Below, in pieces: positions 29,460 to 40,395 of a stretch of DNA of 64,000 nucleotides (position 1 is its first letter; every line of letters begins with the position of its first letter). Position numbers and translations under genes: made by a program. This DNA is from an uncultured bacterium (GTDB lineage: Bacteria > Actinomycetota > Acidimicrobiia > Acidimicrobiales > VFJN01): contig CAVWNW010000012.1 in assembly GCA_963756425.1 (NCBI GenBank), positions 160,783 to 224,782 on the forward strand, written 5' to 3'. A model generated the notes under the pieces. That model searched no databases, had not been told where the DNA came from, and saw nothing but the letters and a program-made list of their open reading frames with translations.

Positions 29460-30163
29460 ACGTCCGAAGGCTGACGTTCGTCGGCGGGCGGGCCCTTCCC
29501 CTGGCCTTCGCCCTCCTGGGCGCACTGGCCGCGCCGGCGGTCGTCGCCCACGCAGTCGACGGCAGGGGTTGGCCGGCCGAGCCGGTCGACACCAGGTCGG
29601 CGGGAGCGGTGGTGACCCGGGTGGGCGGCCCGGGCACCGCCGTGCCGGGTCCTCGAACCCGGCCGTCGATCCGCGTCGCCGAACGGCCGCTCCCGCTGGG
29701 CGTGTCGGCGGCGGAGGACCAGCCGGCACCACCGGCCAGCCTGGCGATCCCCTCCATCGGGGTCGAGACCCAGCTCGAGCACCTGGCGGTGCGCGGGGAC
29801 GGGACGCTGGCGGCCCCGGACGACTTCGGGCGGGCCGGCTGGTTCTCCGAGGGCCCGGCGCCGGGCGAGCGGGGCCCGGCGGTGATCGTCGGCCATGTCG
29901 ACTCCCGGGACGGTCCAGCGGTGTTCTATCGCCTGCCCGAACTGCGCACCGGCGATCTCGTCGAGGTCATGCGCACCGACGGCACCGTCACCCGCTTCGC
30001 GGTGACCGACACGTTCGAGGCGACCAAAAACGCATTCCCGACCGAGGCCGTCTACGGCCCGACCACGGGACCCACGCTGCGGCTCGTCACCTGCACCGGC
30101 ACGTTCGACCGCGGCTCCCGGCACTACGTGTCGAATCTCGTCGTGTACGCGGAGCCCGCGTGA
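29456..30163 (+). CDS. Class F-type sortase
   Basis: LAIPSIGVETQLEHL...GPAVIVGHVD...GDLVEV...PTLRLVTCTG...VVYAEP gives the His, TLxTC Cys and Arg regions of sortases. The GTG start overlaps the upstream stop. Confidence 0.85.
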   Translation: MNVRRLTFVGGRALPLAFALLGALAAPAVVAHAVDGRGWPAEPVDTRSAGAVVTRVGGPGTAVPGPRTRPSIRVAERPLPLGVSAAEDQPAPPASLAIPSIGVETQLEHLAVRGDGTLAAPDDFGRAGWFSEGPAPGERGPAVIVGHVDSRDGPAVFYRLPELRTGDLVEVMRTDGTVTRFAVTDTFEATKNAFPTEAVYGPTTGPTLRLVTCTGTFDRGSRHYVSNLVVYAEPA

Positions 30164-30197
30164 CGGGCTCCGCTCCCGGGTCACGCCGGGCCGGGGC

Positions 30198-31817
30198 CTA
30201 CCGCTCGGGAACCACACCACCGATGACGTAGCGCAGCCGTTGGCGCGGATCGACATCGGGATGGTCGGTCCGGGCGTGGGCTCCCCGGCTCTCCGTGCGG
30301 GCCAGCCCGCCGGTGGCCAGCGCCCAGCCGACGGTCGCCAGGTTGGCGAGCTCACACGTGGCACCGTCGGGGGACGGTTCCCGTTGGGTGCGGGCCAGAG
30401 CCGCCGTGGCGGCGTCCCGGGCGCGCTCCAGCGAGGCAGCGGACCGCAGCACTCCGGCGCCCGCCGTCATGGCTCGCTGCAGGGTGTCGCGCGCGGCGCC
30501 TACCGGCGGCTCGGCGGTGGCGGCCGACGTCGTCGCCACCGCATCGTCACCGCGTTCGGGGGGCAGCCCGGCGTCCAGCCGTCGCCCCGGGATGGCGTCG
30601 TCGTCGCCGCCCAGCACGCAGCGCATGGCCCCGGTGGGAGACGGCCCGTCCTTGCCCTGCTCGACCGCCTCGACGACTCGGGGGCCGAACACCATGCCGT
30701 CAAGCAACGAGTTCGATGCCAGCCGGTTGGCGCCGTGGACGCCGTTGCACGCCGCCTCGCCGGCGACCCACAGTCCCGGGAGCGACGCGGCGCCGTCGAG
30801 GTCGGCGACGATGCCGCCGCAGTTGTAGTGCGCGGCCGGCGCCACCGGGAGCCATTCCACCCGGGGATCGAGGCCCACGGCGGCGAGCGAGGCGGCGATG
30901 GTGGGAAAGCGCTGGCCGAAGTGCTCGAGCCCGGTGGCATCGAGCCACACGTGGTCGGTGCCCTGTTCGGCGACCCGGGTCATGATCGCCTGGCTCACCT
31001 TGTCGCGGGGCAGCAGCTCGTCGACGAAGCGCTCGCCGTTGGCGTCGCGCAGCAGCGCACCGTGGCCCCGCAGTGCCTCCGACAGCAGCGGCCGGGGCAT
31101 GGCCGGGTGGTGGAGAGCGGTCGGGTGAAACTGCACGAACTCCAGGTCGGCCACCGCGATCCCGGCGCGCAGCGCCATGGCGATGCCGTCGCCGGTCGAC
31201 TCGGGTGGGTTCGTCGTCACCGCGAACAGCTGGCCGGCGCCCCCCGTGGCCACCAGCACGTGGTGGGCCCGCACCTCGGCCCGCTCCGCCGACGGTCCCA
31301 GAGCCACCACCCCGCCGCAGCGGCCGCCCTCGATGAGCAGATCCAGCGCGAACCAGTGCTCGTAGACGGCCGCGGCCGTCTGGTGGACCGCAGCGACCAA
31401 GGCGCGCTCCACCTCGACCCCGGTGGCAGCACCGCCGGCGTGCACCACGCGGGCGTGTGAGTGCCCGCCCTCGCGTGCCAGTAGCAGCTCACCCCGCGAG
31501 TCCCGGTCGAAGATGGCGCCCCGGGCGATCAGCTCGTTGACCCGCGCCGGACCCTCGTCCACCAGCACCCGCACCGCATCCGGATCGCCCAACCCCGCCC
31601 CCGCCGCCAACGTGTCGGCCAGGTGCAGATCGGTCGAGTCGGGGTCGTCGGACAGGACCGCCGCCACGCCCCCCTGGGCCCAGCGCGTCGTCGCCTGGTC
31701 CAGCTCCGCCTTGGTGAGCACGCCGACCCGCATGCCATGGGTCTTTGCCGCCCGCACCGCAGCAGACAGGCCCGCCACCCCCGATCCGAGGACCAGCAGG
31801 TCGAGCACGCCGTTCAT
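30198..31817 (-). CDS. nadB: L-aspartate oxidase
   Basis: DLLVLGSGVAGLSAA...TRWAQGGVAAV...HPTAL...GLWVAGEAACNGVHGANRLASNSLL. Confidence 0.92.
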   Translation of the reverse strand: MNGVLDLLVLGSGVAGLSAAVRAAKTHGMRVGVLTKAELDQATTRWAQGGVAAVLSDDPDSTDLHLADTLAAGAGLGDPDAVRVLVDEGPARVNELIARGAIFDRDSRGELLLAREGGHSHARVVHAGGAATGVEVERALVAAVHQTAAAVYEHWFALDLLIEGGRCGGVVALGPSAERAEVRAHHVLVATGGAGQLFAVTTNPPESTGDGIAMALRAGIAVADLEFVQFHPTALHHPAMPRPLLSEALRGHGALLRDANGERFVDELLPRDKVSQAIMTRVAEQGTDHVWLDATGLEHFGQRFPTIAASLAAVGLDPRVEWLPVAPAAHYNCGGIVADLDGAASLPGLWVAGEAACNGVHGANRLASNSLLDGMVFGPRVVEAVEQGKDGPSPTGAMRCVLGGDDDAIPGRRLDAGLPPERGDDAVATTSAATAEPPVGAARDTLQRAMTAGAGVLRSAASLERARDAATAALARTQREPSPDGATCELANLATVGWALATGGLARTESRGAHARTDHPDVDPRQRLRYVIGGVVPER

Positions 31818-31867
31818 TCTCTCAGTACTCGGGTCGCAAGACGCACGCCAGCGCCTGAAGGAGGCGG

Positions 31868-32248
31868 TCAGCCGGTGGCGAGCCGCTCGGCCGTGGCGGC
31901 GTCGATCGGACGATTGGCGGTGTCGACGTGCACGACCACGGGCTCGTAGTGGTCCAGCTCGCTCGCCTCGTAGTCGGCGTAGGAGATGACGATGACGCGG
32001 TCGCCCGGTGACACCAGGCGGGCGGCGGCGCCGTTGAGGCACATGTCACCCGAGCCGGGACGACCGGCGATGGCGTAGGTCTCGAATCGGGCGCCGTTGT
32101 CGATGTCGACCACGGCCACCTGCTCGTGCTCGAGGATGTCGGCGGCGGCGAGCAGGTCGGGATCGATGGTGATCGAACCTACGTAGTGCAGGTTGGCGTC
32201 GGTGACGACCGCACGATGGATCTTCGACTTGAGCATGCGGCGACGCAC
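31868..32248 (-). CDS. panD: Aspartate 1-decarboxylase
   Basis: [29 protein letters not shown]. The self-processing G-S site is present in YVGSITID. Confidence 0.95.
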   Translation of the reverse strand: MRRRMLKSKIHRAVVTDANLHYVGSITIDPDLLAAADILEHEQVAVVDIDNGARFETYAIAGRPGSGDMCLNGAAARLVSPGDRVIVISYADYEASELDHYEPVVVHVDTANRPIDAATAERLATG

Positions 32249-32254
32249 GATCGG

Positions 32255-33121
32255 TCAACCTTCCTGGGTGGGTGCCGGCACGGTCACCCCCACGTTGTCG
32301 ATGAGCCTCGCTCGCCCGAATCGAACGGCTGCCAGGAGCCGGAGATTCCCGGCGAGTGGGTCCGGGATGCGGAAGAAGTCTGTGTCGACGACCTCCGCGT
32401 AGTCCAGTTGCGCCAGTGGTTCTGCCTCGATGATCTGGCCCATGAGGGTGCGGACGGCCGCTGGGTGGCGTTCGCCGCCCAGAATGGCGGCGAGGCCGGC
32501 CCGCAGCGCCCGGTACACGACCGGCGCCGCCTCCCGCTCGTCGGCGGTGAGGTAGCTGTTGCGGGACGACATGGCCAGGCCGTCGTGCTCGCGCACCGTG
32601 GGGCAGCCGACCACCTCGACGGGCAGCGACAGGTCCCGAGCCATGTGCCGCACCACCGCCAGCTGCTGGAAGTCCTTCTCGCCGAAGTACGCCCGGCAGG
32701 TCCCGACGATGGCGAACAGCTTGGCGACCACGGTGGCCACGCCGGCGAAGTGGTGGGGCCGGGCGGCGCCCTCGAGCGCCTCGGACACCTCCGCCACCGA
32801 CACGGTGGTCAGCGCTGGCTCCGGGAACATCTCGTCGGCGCTCGGCACGAAGAGCACGTCGACGCCCGCAGCCTCGGCGAGGCGCCCGTCCCGATCGAGG
32901 TCGCGGGGATAGGCCTCGAGGTCCTCGCCGGCGCCGAACTGGAGGGGGTTGACGAAGATCGAGGCCACCACCACGTCCCTCTCGGCCCGGGCCCGCCGCA
33001 TCAGCGCAAGGTGGCCGTCGTGTAGGTACCCCATGGTCGGCACGAGCCCAACGGAGCGGCCCGCAGCCCGCTCGCCGTCGAGCAGCGACCGCAGCTCGGC
33101 GATGGCGTGCAGGGCCTTCAC
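32255..33121 (-). CDS. panC: Pantoate--beta-alanine ligase
   Basis: VGLVPTMGYLHDGHLALM...IFVNPLQF...FGEKDFQQL...GLAMSSRN. Confidence 0.95.
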   Translation of the reverse strand: MKALHAIAELRSLLDGERAAGRSVGLVPTMGYLHDGHLALMRRARAERDVVVASIFVNPLQFGAGEDLEAYPRDLDRDGRLAEAAGVDVLFVPSADEMFPEPALTTVSVAEVSEALEGAARPHHFAGVATVVAKLFAIVGTCRAYFGEKDFQQLAVVRHMARDLSLPVEVVGCPTVREHDGLAMSSRNSYLTADEREAAPVVYRALRAGLAAILGGERHPAAVRTLMGQIIEAEPLAQLDYAEVVDTDFFRIPDPLAGNLRLLAAVRFGRARLIDNVGVTVPAPTQEG

Positions 33122-33873
33122 GGCGTGCCTTCGCGGCCAGCGGGCGTCCCCTGCGTCGCGGAGCGCGCCTGCTGTGCCAGGCGACGGGCGGCGTCGGCGA
33201 GAGAACGGTACGCGCGGCGTTCGTCGGCCGGGAGGGCCCGCAGGTGACGGCGGATCGTGGCCTCGTCGCCCCGGGCCGCCGGGCCTGTCAGCCCCGTCGC
33301 CGGGCCGAGGGCGGCGACGTTGTCGAGCGTGGCCCGGGCCAGGTCGACGTAGGCCTCGAACGGCACGCCGACGGCCTCGCTCAGGCGTTCGACCTGCCCC
33401 ATCAGCGCCACCACGTGATTGGAGGCGATGACGGCGGCCGCGTGGTAGACGGGACGGTCGGCGTCGGCCACCTCGAACCATCGGCCGCGCAGGGCGCGCA
33501 CGACGTCGTGGGCCAGCGGGTCGCCGGCGATGGCGAACCAGGAACCGACGAGGCGCCGAGCGCCGAGCGTCGTGTTGGGCAACGCCACCAATGGGTGGAC
33601 CGCTGCCCGCCGCCGGTGGGGGGCCAGCGCCGCGAGGCCGAGCGACCCGGCCAGGTGGGCGACGACCGTGCCGGGTACCGGATCGACCGCCCGCGCGATG
33701 TCGCGGACGCGATCGTCGGGCGTGGCGATCACCAACAGGTCGACGCCCCGGGCGGCCGGTGCCAGGTCGTCGCCCCGACCCAGCAGCGGCGCCACGCTCC
33801 AGTGGGCGGCGCGGAGCGCCCGCGCCAGCGCCGTGCCGGCGCGACCGGGGCCGATGATCCGTACCCGGACCAC
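33118..33873 (-). CDS. Rossmann-fold DUF2520-type oxidoreductase-like protein
   Basis: VRIIGPGRAGTALARAL...HPL...YHAAAVIASNHVVAL. It occupies the position between folK and panC that is typical in actinobacteria. Confidence 0.65.
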   Translation of the reverse strand: MVRVRIIGPGRAGTALARALRAAHWSVAPLLGRGDDLAPAARGVDLLVIATPDDRVRDIARAVDPVPGTVVAHLAGSLGLAALAPHRRRAAVHPLVALPNTTLGARRLVGSWFAIAGDPLAHDVVRALRGRWFEVADADRPVYHAAAVIASNHVVALMGQVERLSEAVGVPFEAYVDLARATLDNVAALGPATGLTGPAARGDEATIRRHLRALPADERRAYRSLADAARRLAQQARSATQGTPAGREGTP

Positions 33874-33875
33874 GG

Positions 33876-34385
33876 TCAGTGCGGGGCCAGCTCGTCGAGT
33901 GCACCCACGGGCTCGACGTAGCCCGTCGATGCGTCGAGGGTGGCGTCGTCGACCAGGTCGGGGGCGAGGTCGCGCAGCGGCGCCAGCACGAAGCGGCGCT
34001 CCCACATCCGGGGATGGGGCACCTGCAGGTCGGGCTCGTCGACCGTGACGCCGTCGATCCACAGGACGTCGACGTCCAGCGTCCGGGGCCCCCAGCGCTC
34101 GTCGCGCACGCGGCCGGCTGCCGCCTCCAGGCGGTGGCACACGCCGAGCAGGTCGTGCGGCGCCCGTGCCGTCTGCAGCTGTGCAACCAGGTTCAGGTAG
34201 GCGTCCTGGCCGCCCGGTCCGCCAAGCGGTTCGGTCTCGTAGACCGGCGACACTGCTTGCAGGTCCACGGCCCGCAGCGTGTCGACCGCCTCGCGCAGGT
34301 AGCGCACCCGGTCGCCCATGTTGGACCCGAGCCCGAGGAACGCTCGCCTGGGGCTCGGGGCGTCACCCTCGGCGCCGGTCATCAT
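33876..34385 (-). CDS. folK: 2-amino-4-hydroxy-6-hydroxymethyldihydropteridine diphosphokinase
   Basis: AFLGLGSNMGDR...SPVYETEPLGGP.QD.YLN...RWGPRTLDVDVL...PHPRMWERRFVLAPL. Confidence 0.9.
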   Translation of the reverse strand: MMTGAEGDAPSPRRAFLGLGSNMGDRVRYLREAVDTLRAVDLQAVSPVYETEPLGGPGGQDAYLNLVAQLQTARAPHDLLGVCHRLEAAAGRVRDERWGPRTLDVDVLWIDGVTVDEPDLQVPHPRMWERRFVLAPLRDLAPDLVDDATLDASTGYVEPVGALDELAPH

Positions 34386-34765
34386 CTCGTCCGGACCACG
34401 TGCACGCCCGAGGTTGCCAAGTCGTGTGGCACGGGGGGACGCAGCTTCCGCACCGCGAGGTCGACGGCGATGATCCGGGTATCCACGCCGAGCACGGCGT
34501 GCGCGACGAGCTCCGCCAGGCGCTCCAGCAGCGCCACGTGCCCCGCGCCGACGGCCGTCGCCACGGCATCACACACCGCGCCGTAGTGAACCGTGTCCGC
34601 GAGATCGTCACTCCGGCCGGCCGGCCCCAGATCGACGACCAGGTCGAGGTCGATCTCCAACGGCTGGTCCTGCTCGCGTTCGATCGGTAGGACCCCCACC
34701 CGCGCGGGCACGCGGAGGCCGCGCAGCTCGATGCGATCCCAGGGCAGCGCCGAGGGTTCGCTCAT
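34382..34765 (-). CDS. folB: Dihydroneopterin aldolase
   Basis: IELRGLRVPARVGVLPIEREQDQPLEIDLDL...DLADTVHYGAV. It overlaps folK by 4 nt. Confidence 0.9.
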   Translation of the reverse strand: MSEPSALPWDRIELRGLRVPARVGVLPIEREQDQPLEIDLDLVVDLGPAGRSDDLADTVHYGAVCDAVATAVGAGHVALLERLAELVAHAVLGVDTRIIAVDLAVRKLRPPVPHDLATSGVHVVRTR

Positions 34766-35277
34766 CCGGGTTCGCGGAGCTCATCGGCGGAGGCCACCAA
34801 CTCCCGCCCCTCCGGACCGAGCTGTCGCCCGGTCAGGCGCTCAGTGACCGAGATCGCCTGGGGGCCGTAGGGCACGAGGCCGGCCCACAGCACGTAGCCC
34901 GCGACCAGGCCGCAGATGCGGTCGCCCACCTCCTCCTGATGGATCAGGAGCTTCTCGCCCTTCGCCAGGAGGTCGCGAATCTCGGTGTAGAGCGCGAGCT
35001 GGAACTCGACCGGGTCATCCTGGGGCTGCTGGGGCCGGTGCAGCCACGCCACACCCAGCTCGTCGTAGTTGTGCAGGTTGTGGGGCGCGGCGATGAGCGA
35101 GATGACGTGCGTGAAGCCCTGCTCGCGGATCCAGATGATCTCCTCCTGGCGGCGCACCCGGCGATGGTTGGCCCCGTAGCCGCCCGGCCGCTCGCAGATG
35201 GCCAGCCGGTCCTTGAGCACCCACACGAAGTTGCGGGGGGTGATGCCCTGGGCCCACTTGCCCTTGGTCGGTGGCAA
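34762..35277 (-). CDS. Dual-specificity/Cys-phosphatase-fold protein lacking the nucleophilic Cys (HQX5R)
   Basis: GFTHVISL...WLHRPQQPQDDP...KLLIHQEEVGDRICGLVAGYVLWAG aligns to the DSP pattern VLVHCxxGxxRSxxxxxAYLM. The Gln codon CAG (34936-34938) sits at the Cys position. The start is TTG with an AAGGAG SD 8 nt upstream. The gene overlaps folB by 4 nt. Confidence 0.65.
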   Translation of the reverse strand: MPPTKGKWAQGITPRNFVWVLKDRLAICERPGGYGANHRRVRRQEEIIWIREQGFTHVISLIAAPHNLHNYDELGVAWLHRPQQPQDDPVEFQLALYTEIRDLLAKGEKLLIHQEEVGDRICGLVAGYVLWAGLVPYGPQAISVTERLTGRQLGPEGRELVASADELREPG

Positions 35278-35301
35278 ATCAGGTACTCCTTGCTGGAAAC
35301 A

Positions 35302-36141
35302 TCACGCGGCCGCCAACACCCGGTCACAGGCCTCGATCGCCCGCACGGTGGCGGGCACCTCGTGGACGCGGACCATGCTGGCGCCGCGCAACAAAGCCCA
35401 CGCGGCGGTGGCGATCGAGCCCTCCAGGCGGTCCCCAACCGGTGGGACGGTCCGGGTGCGGTCGGCTCGCGCCGCCAGGGCGCCGAGCGTCGACTTGCGG
35501 CTGGTGCCGACCAGCACCGGATAGCCGGTGGCCACCAGGACGTCGAGGTTGGCGAGGAGGGCGAGGTTGTGATCCAAGGTCTTCCCGAAGCCGATGCCAG
35601 GATCGATCCACACCTCCTGCACCCCTGCCGCCCGGGCGGCGTCGGCCCGGTCGACGAGGAAGTCGCACACCTCGGCCACGACGTCGTCGTACACCGGGTC
35701 GGCCTGCATGGTCCGGGGATCGCCCAACATGTGCATGGCCACGAACGCGGTGCCGATGCCGCCGGCCACCGCCGCCAGGCTGGCCGACACGTCGTTGATC
35801 ATGCGGGCCCCGGCGGCCACCGCGGCCTCGGCCACGGCCGCCTTGCGGGTGTCGATCGAGACAGCCACGCCGTCGGACGCCAGCGCCTCGACGACGGGGA
35901 GCACCCGCCGCAGCTCCTCGTCGACGGGCACCGGCTCGGCCCGGGGGCGGGTGGACTCACCGCCCACGTCGACCCAATCCGCTCCCTGGTCCACCATCGT
36001 GCGGCCGTGGGCGATGGCGGCCCGGTGGTCGAGGAATCGTCCGCCGTCGGAGAACGAGTCCGGGGTCACGTTGACGACACCCATGACCCGGCGGCGTCCG
36101 CTCTCCACGATCGGCAAGCATATGTCGCGCCCTGTGACCAC
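35302..36141 (-). CDS. folP: Dihydropteroate synthase
   Basis: VMGVVNVTPDSFSDGG...DVGGESTRPRA...SIDT...INDVS...DPGIGFGKT...LVGTSRKS. The start is approximate (GTG 36141). Confidence 0.9.
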   Translation of the reverse strand: MVTGRDICLPIVESGRRRVMGVVNVTPDSFSDGGRFLDHRAAIAHGRTMVDQGADWVDVGGESTRPRAEPVPVDEELRRVLPVVEALASDGVAVSIDTRKAAVAEAAVAAGARMINDVSASLAAVAGGIGTAFVAMHMLGDPRTMQADPVYDDVVAEVCDFLVDRADAARAAGVQEVWIDPGIGFGKTLDHNLALLANLDVLVATGYPVLVGTSRKSTLGALAARADRTRTVPPVGDRLEGSIATAAWALLRGASMVRVHEVPATVRAIEACDRVLAAA

Positions 36142-36206
36142 CGACGGCGCGCTCCGGCACCGCAGGGTTGCGTTCCGTAGCGTCTCGGCAGGCAACTGGT
36201 CCGGCG

Positions 36207-36941
36207 TCAGCGGGGTGGTGATTCGGCCGCCTCGACCGCCACGTCGAGAGCCAGCTCGGCCATGGCGAAGAAGCCCGTCTCGCGCTCGCCGGAGCTGATC
36301 GCCTCGGCGCGGGGGATGTGGTCGCTGACGGTCGAGACGCACAACGCCCGCGCCTGGTGGGCGGCGGCGATGGTGTAGAGGGCGGCGGCCTCCATCTCGA
36401 CTGCGAGCACGCCGTGCCTGCTCAGCGCGTCGGTCACCTCGGGATCGCTGTCGTAGAAGGTGTCGGTGGACAGGATGGTGCCGACGTGGGCGGTGATGCC
36501 TCGCTCACGGGCCAGGCGCCACGCCTCGACGGCGAGCCCGAAGTCGGCGGCCGGGGCGTACGTGATGCCCTTGAACCGCCGTTCGATCATCGCCGAGTCC
36601 GTGTGTGCGGCCAGGGCGATGACGAGGTCTCGGAGGGCCACGGCGTCGTGCAGCGCACCGCACGACCCCACCCGGATCGCGGTCGTCACGCCGTAGAAGC
36701 GGAACAGCTCGGTGGCGTAGATGGCGATCGACGGCATGCCCATGCCGGTCCCCTGCACCGAGATGCGGCGGCCCCGGTACGTGCCGGTGAAGCCCAGCAT
36801 GTTGCGGACCTCGTTGTAGCACTGGGCGTCGTCGAGGAAGCGCTCCGCGATGGCGGCGGCCCGCTTGGGGTCGCCCGGGAGCAGCACCGCGTCGGCGATG
36901 TCGCCGGGCTTGGCCTCGTTGTGTGGCGTCGGCGCAGTCAT
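36207..36941 (-). CDS. deoD: Purine nucleoside phosphorylase, DeoD-type (PNP_UDP_1 family)
   Basis: HNEAKPGDIADAVLLPGDPKRAAAIAERFLDDA...GRRISVQGTGMGMPSIAIYATEL...RVGSCGAL...VLAVEMEAAALY. Confidence 0.85.
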   Translation of the reverse strand: MTAPTPHNEAKPGDIADAVLLPGDPKRAAAIAERFLDDAQCYNEVRNMLGFTGTYRGRRISVQGTGMGMPSIAIYATELFRFYGVTTAIRVGSCGALHDAVALRDLVIALAAHTDSAMIERRFKGITYAPAADFGLAVEAWRLARERGITAHVGTILSTDTFYDSDPEVTDALSRHGVLAVEMEAAALYTIAAAHQARALCVSTVSDHIPRAEAISSGERETGFFAMAELALDVAVEAAESPPR

Positions 36942-36971
36942 AGATCCCCCGCAGCGTACGGGGCCGCGACG

Positions 36972-37592
36972 CTATCTCTGGCCGACGATGAAGCGCATCG
37001 CCTCTTCCCGGGTGGCGACGCTGGACCGGAACAGGCCCCGGACCGCCGACGTCACGGTGGTCGCGCCCGGCTTGCGCACGCCCCGCATCGTCATGCACAG
37101 GTGCTCGGCCTCGATCACCACCATCACACCCCGGGGCTGGAGCGTGCGGTCGATCTCGTCGGCGATCTGAACGGTCAGGTTCTCCTGCACCTGTGGCCGG
37201 CGGGCGAAGGCGTCGACCAGGCGCGCCAGCTTGGAGATCCCGGTTATCCGGCCATCCTCCCCGGGGATGTACGCCACGTGGGCCTTGCCGATGAACGGGA
37301 TGAGGTGGTGCTCGCAGATCGACTGCATCGGGATGTCCCGCACCATGACCATCTCGTCGTGGCCGGCCTCGAACGTCACGGCCAGGTGGGTGTCGACCTG
37401 CTCGTGGATGCCCGAGCAGATCTCGGCGTACATGCGGGCGACACGCTCGGGCGTGTCGCGCAGGCCGTCGCGGTCGGGATCCTCCCCGATGGCCTCGAGG
37501 ATCTCCCGCACTGCCTTGGCGATCCGCTCCATGTCCATCGGGGTATCGATGGGCGGGAAGTCCCGGCTTGGGCTGGGCCACTCGTCGGCCAC
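36972..37592 (-). CDS. folE: GTP cyclohydrolase I
   Basis: [13 protein letters not shown]...[20 protein letters not shown]...[19 protein letters not shown]. Confidence 0.95.
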   Translation of the reverse strand: MADEWPSPSRDFPPIDTPMDMERIAKAVREILEAIGEDPDRDGLRDTPERVARMYAEICSGIHEQVDTHLAVTFEAGHDEMVMVRDIPMQSICEHHLIPFIGKAHVAYIPGEDGRITGISKLARLVDAFARRPQVQENLTVQIADEIDRTLQPRGVMVVIEAEHLCMTMRGVRKPGATTVTSAVRGLFRSSVATREEAMRFIVGQR

Positions 37593-37724
37593 TACGTCCC
37601 GCTCCTGTGGCTGCGCGGCGGCCCACTCGTGGCTCGCTCGCTCTCACCTTGCTTCCCCGTCACCCTCGACGGACGCTCGCTCATGGGCGCGACCTCGCTG
37701 TGTCTCCTCCGCTCGCCCCTCGGG

Positions 37725-39743
<2,019 letters not shown>

Positions 39744-39797
39744 GGTGCGGGCCAGGCTACCGGCGGGGCCGCGCCGGGGACCACCGCCGGTACCGCG

Positions 39798-40373
39798 TCA
39801 CCCGCTTATCTCGCCCGTGAACTCGCACACGTAGGGAAGGTTGCGGAAGCGCTCGGCGACGTCGAGTCCGTAGCCCAGCACGAAGGCGGGCGGGATCTCG
39901 AAGCCGACGTAGCGCAGCTCCTCCTGGGTCTTCTGGTTGCCTTGGCGCACGAAGAGCGCGCACACGGCCAGGCTCGCCGGATGGCGGGCCGCCAGGTTCC
40001 GCCGCAGGTAGGTGAGCGTCAGCCCCGAGTCGACGATGTCCTCCACCAGGATCACGTGGCGCCCGGCGAGGTCGACGTCGAGGTCCTTGACGATGCGGAC
40101 GACGCCGGACGATCGGGTCGAGGCGCCGTAGGACGAGACGGCCATGAAGTCGATCTCGACCGGTAGGCGGATGGCCCGGGCGAGGTCGGCCATGAACACG
40201 AAGGCGCCCTTCAGCACGCCGACGAGCAGCGGGGGGCGGGTGGCGTAGTCGGTGGTGATCTGGTCACCCAGCTCGGCGATCCGCGCCTGGATCTCCTTCT
40301 CGCCGACCACGACCGGCCCGAGCGAGGGATCATCGAGATGATGGATGAAGTCGCCCGGAGAGTCCGTCGGCAT
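39798..40373 (-). CDS. hpt: Hypoxanthine-guanine phosphoribosyltransferase
   Basis: LVGVLKGAFVFMADL...HVILVEDIVDSGLTL (PRPP-binding motif). Confidence 0.95.
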   Translation of the reverse strand: MPTDSPGDFIHHLDDPSLGPVVVGEKEIQARIAELGDQITTDYATRPPLLVGVLKGAFVFMADLARAIRLPVEIDFMAVSSYGASTRSSGVVRIVKDLDVDLAGRHVILVEDIVDSGLTLTYLRRNLAARHPASLAVCALFVRQGNQKTQEELRYVGFEIPPAFVLGYGLDVAERFRNLPYVCEFTGEISG

Positions 40374-40395
40374 GCGTCTTTACGCTAGTGGGCCA

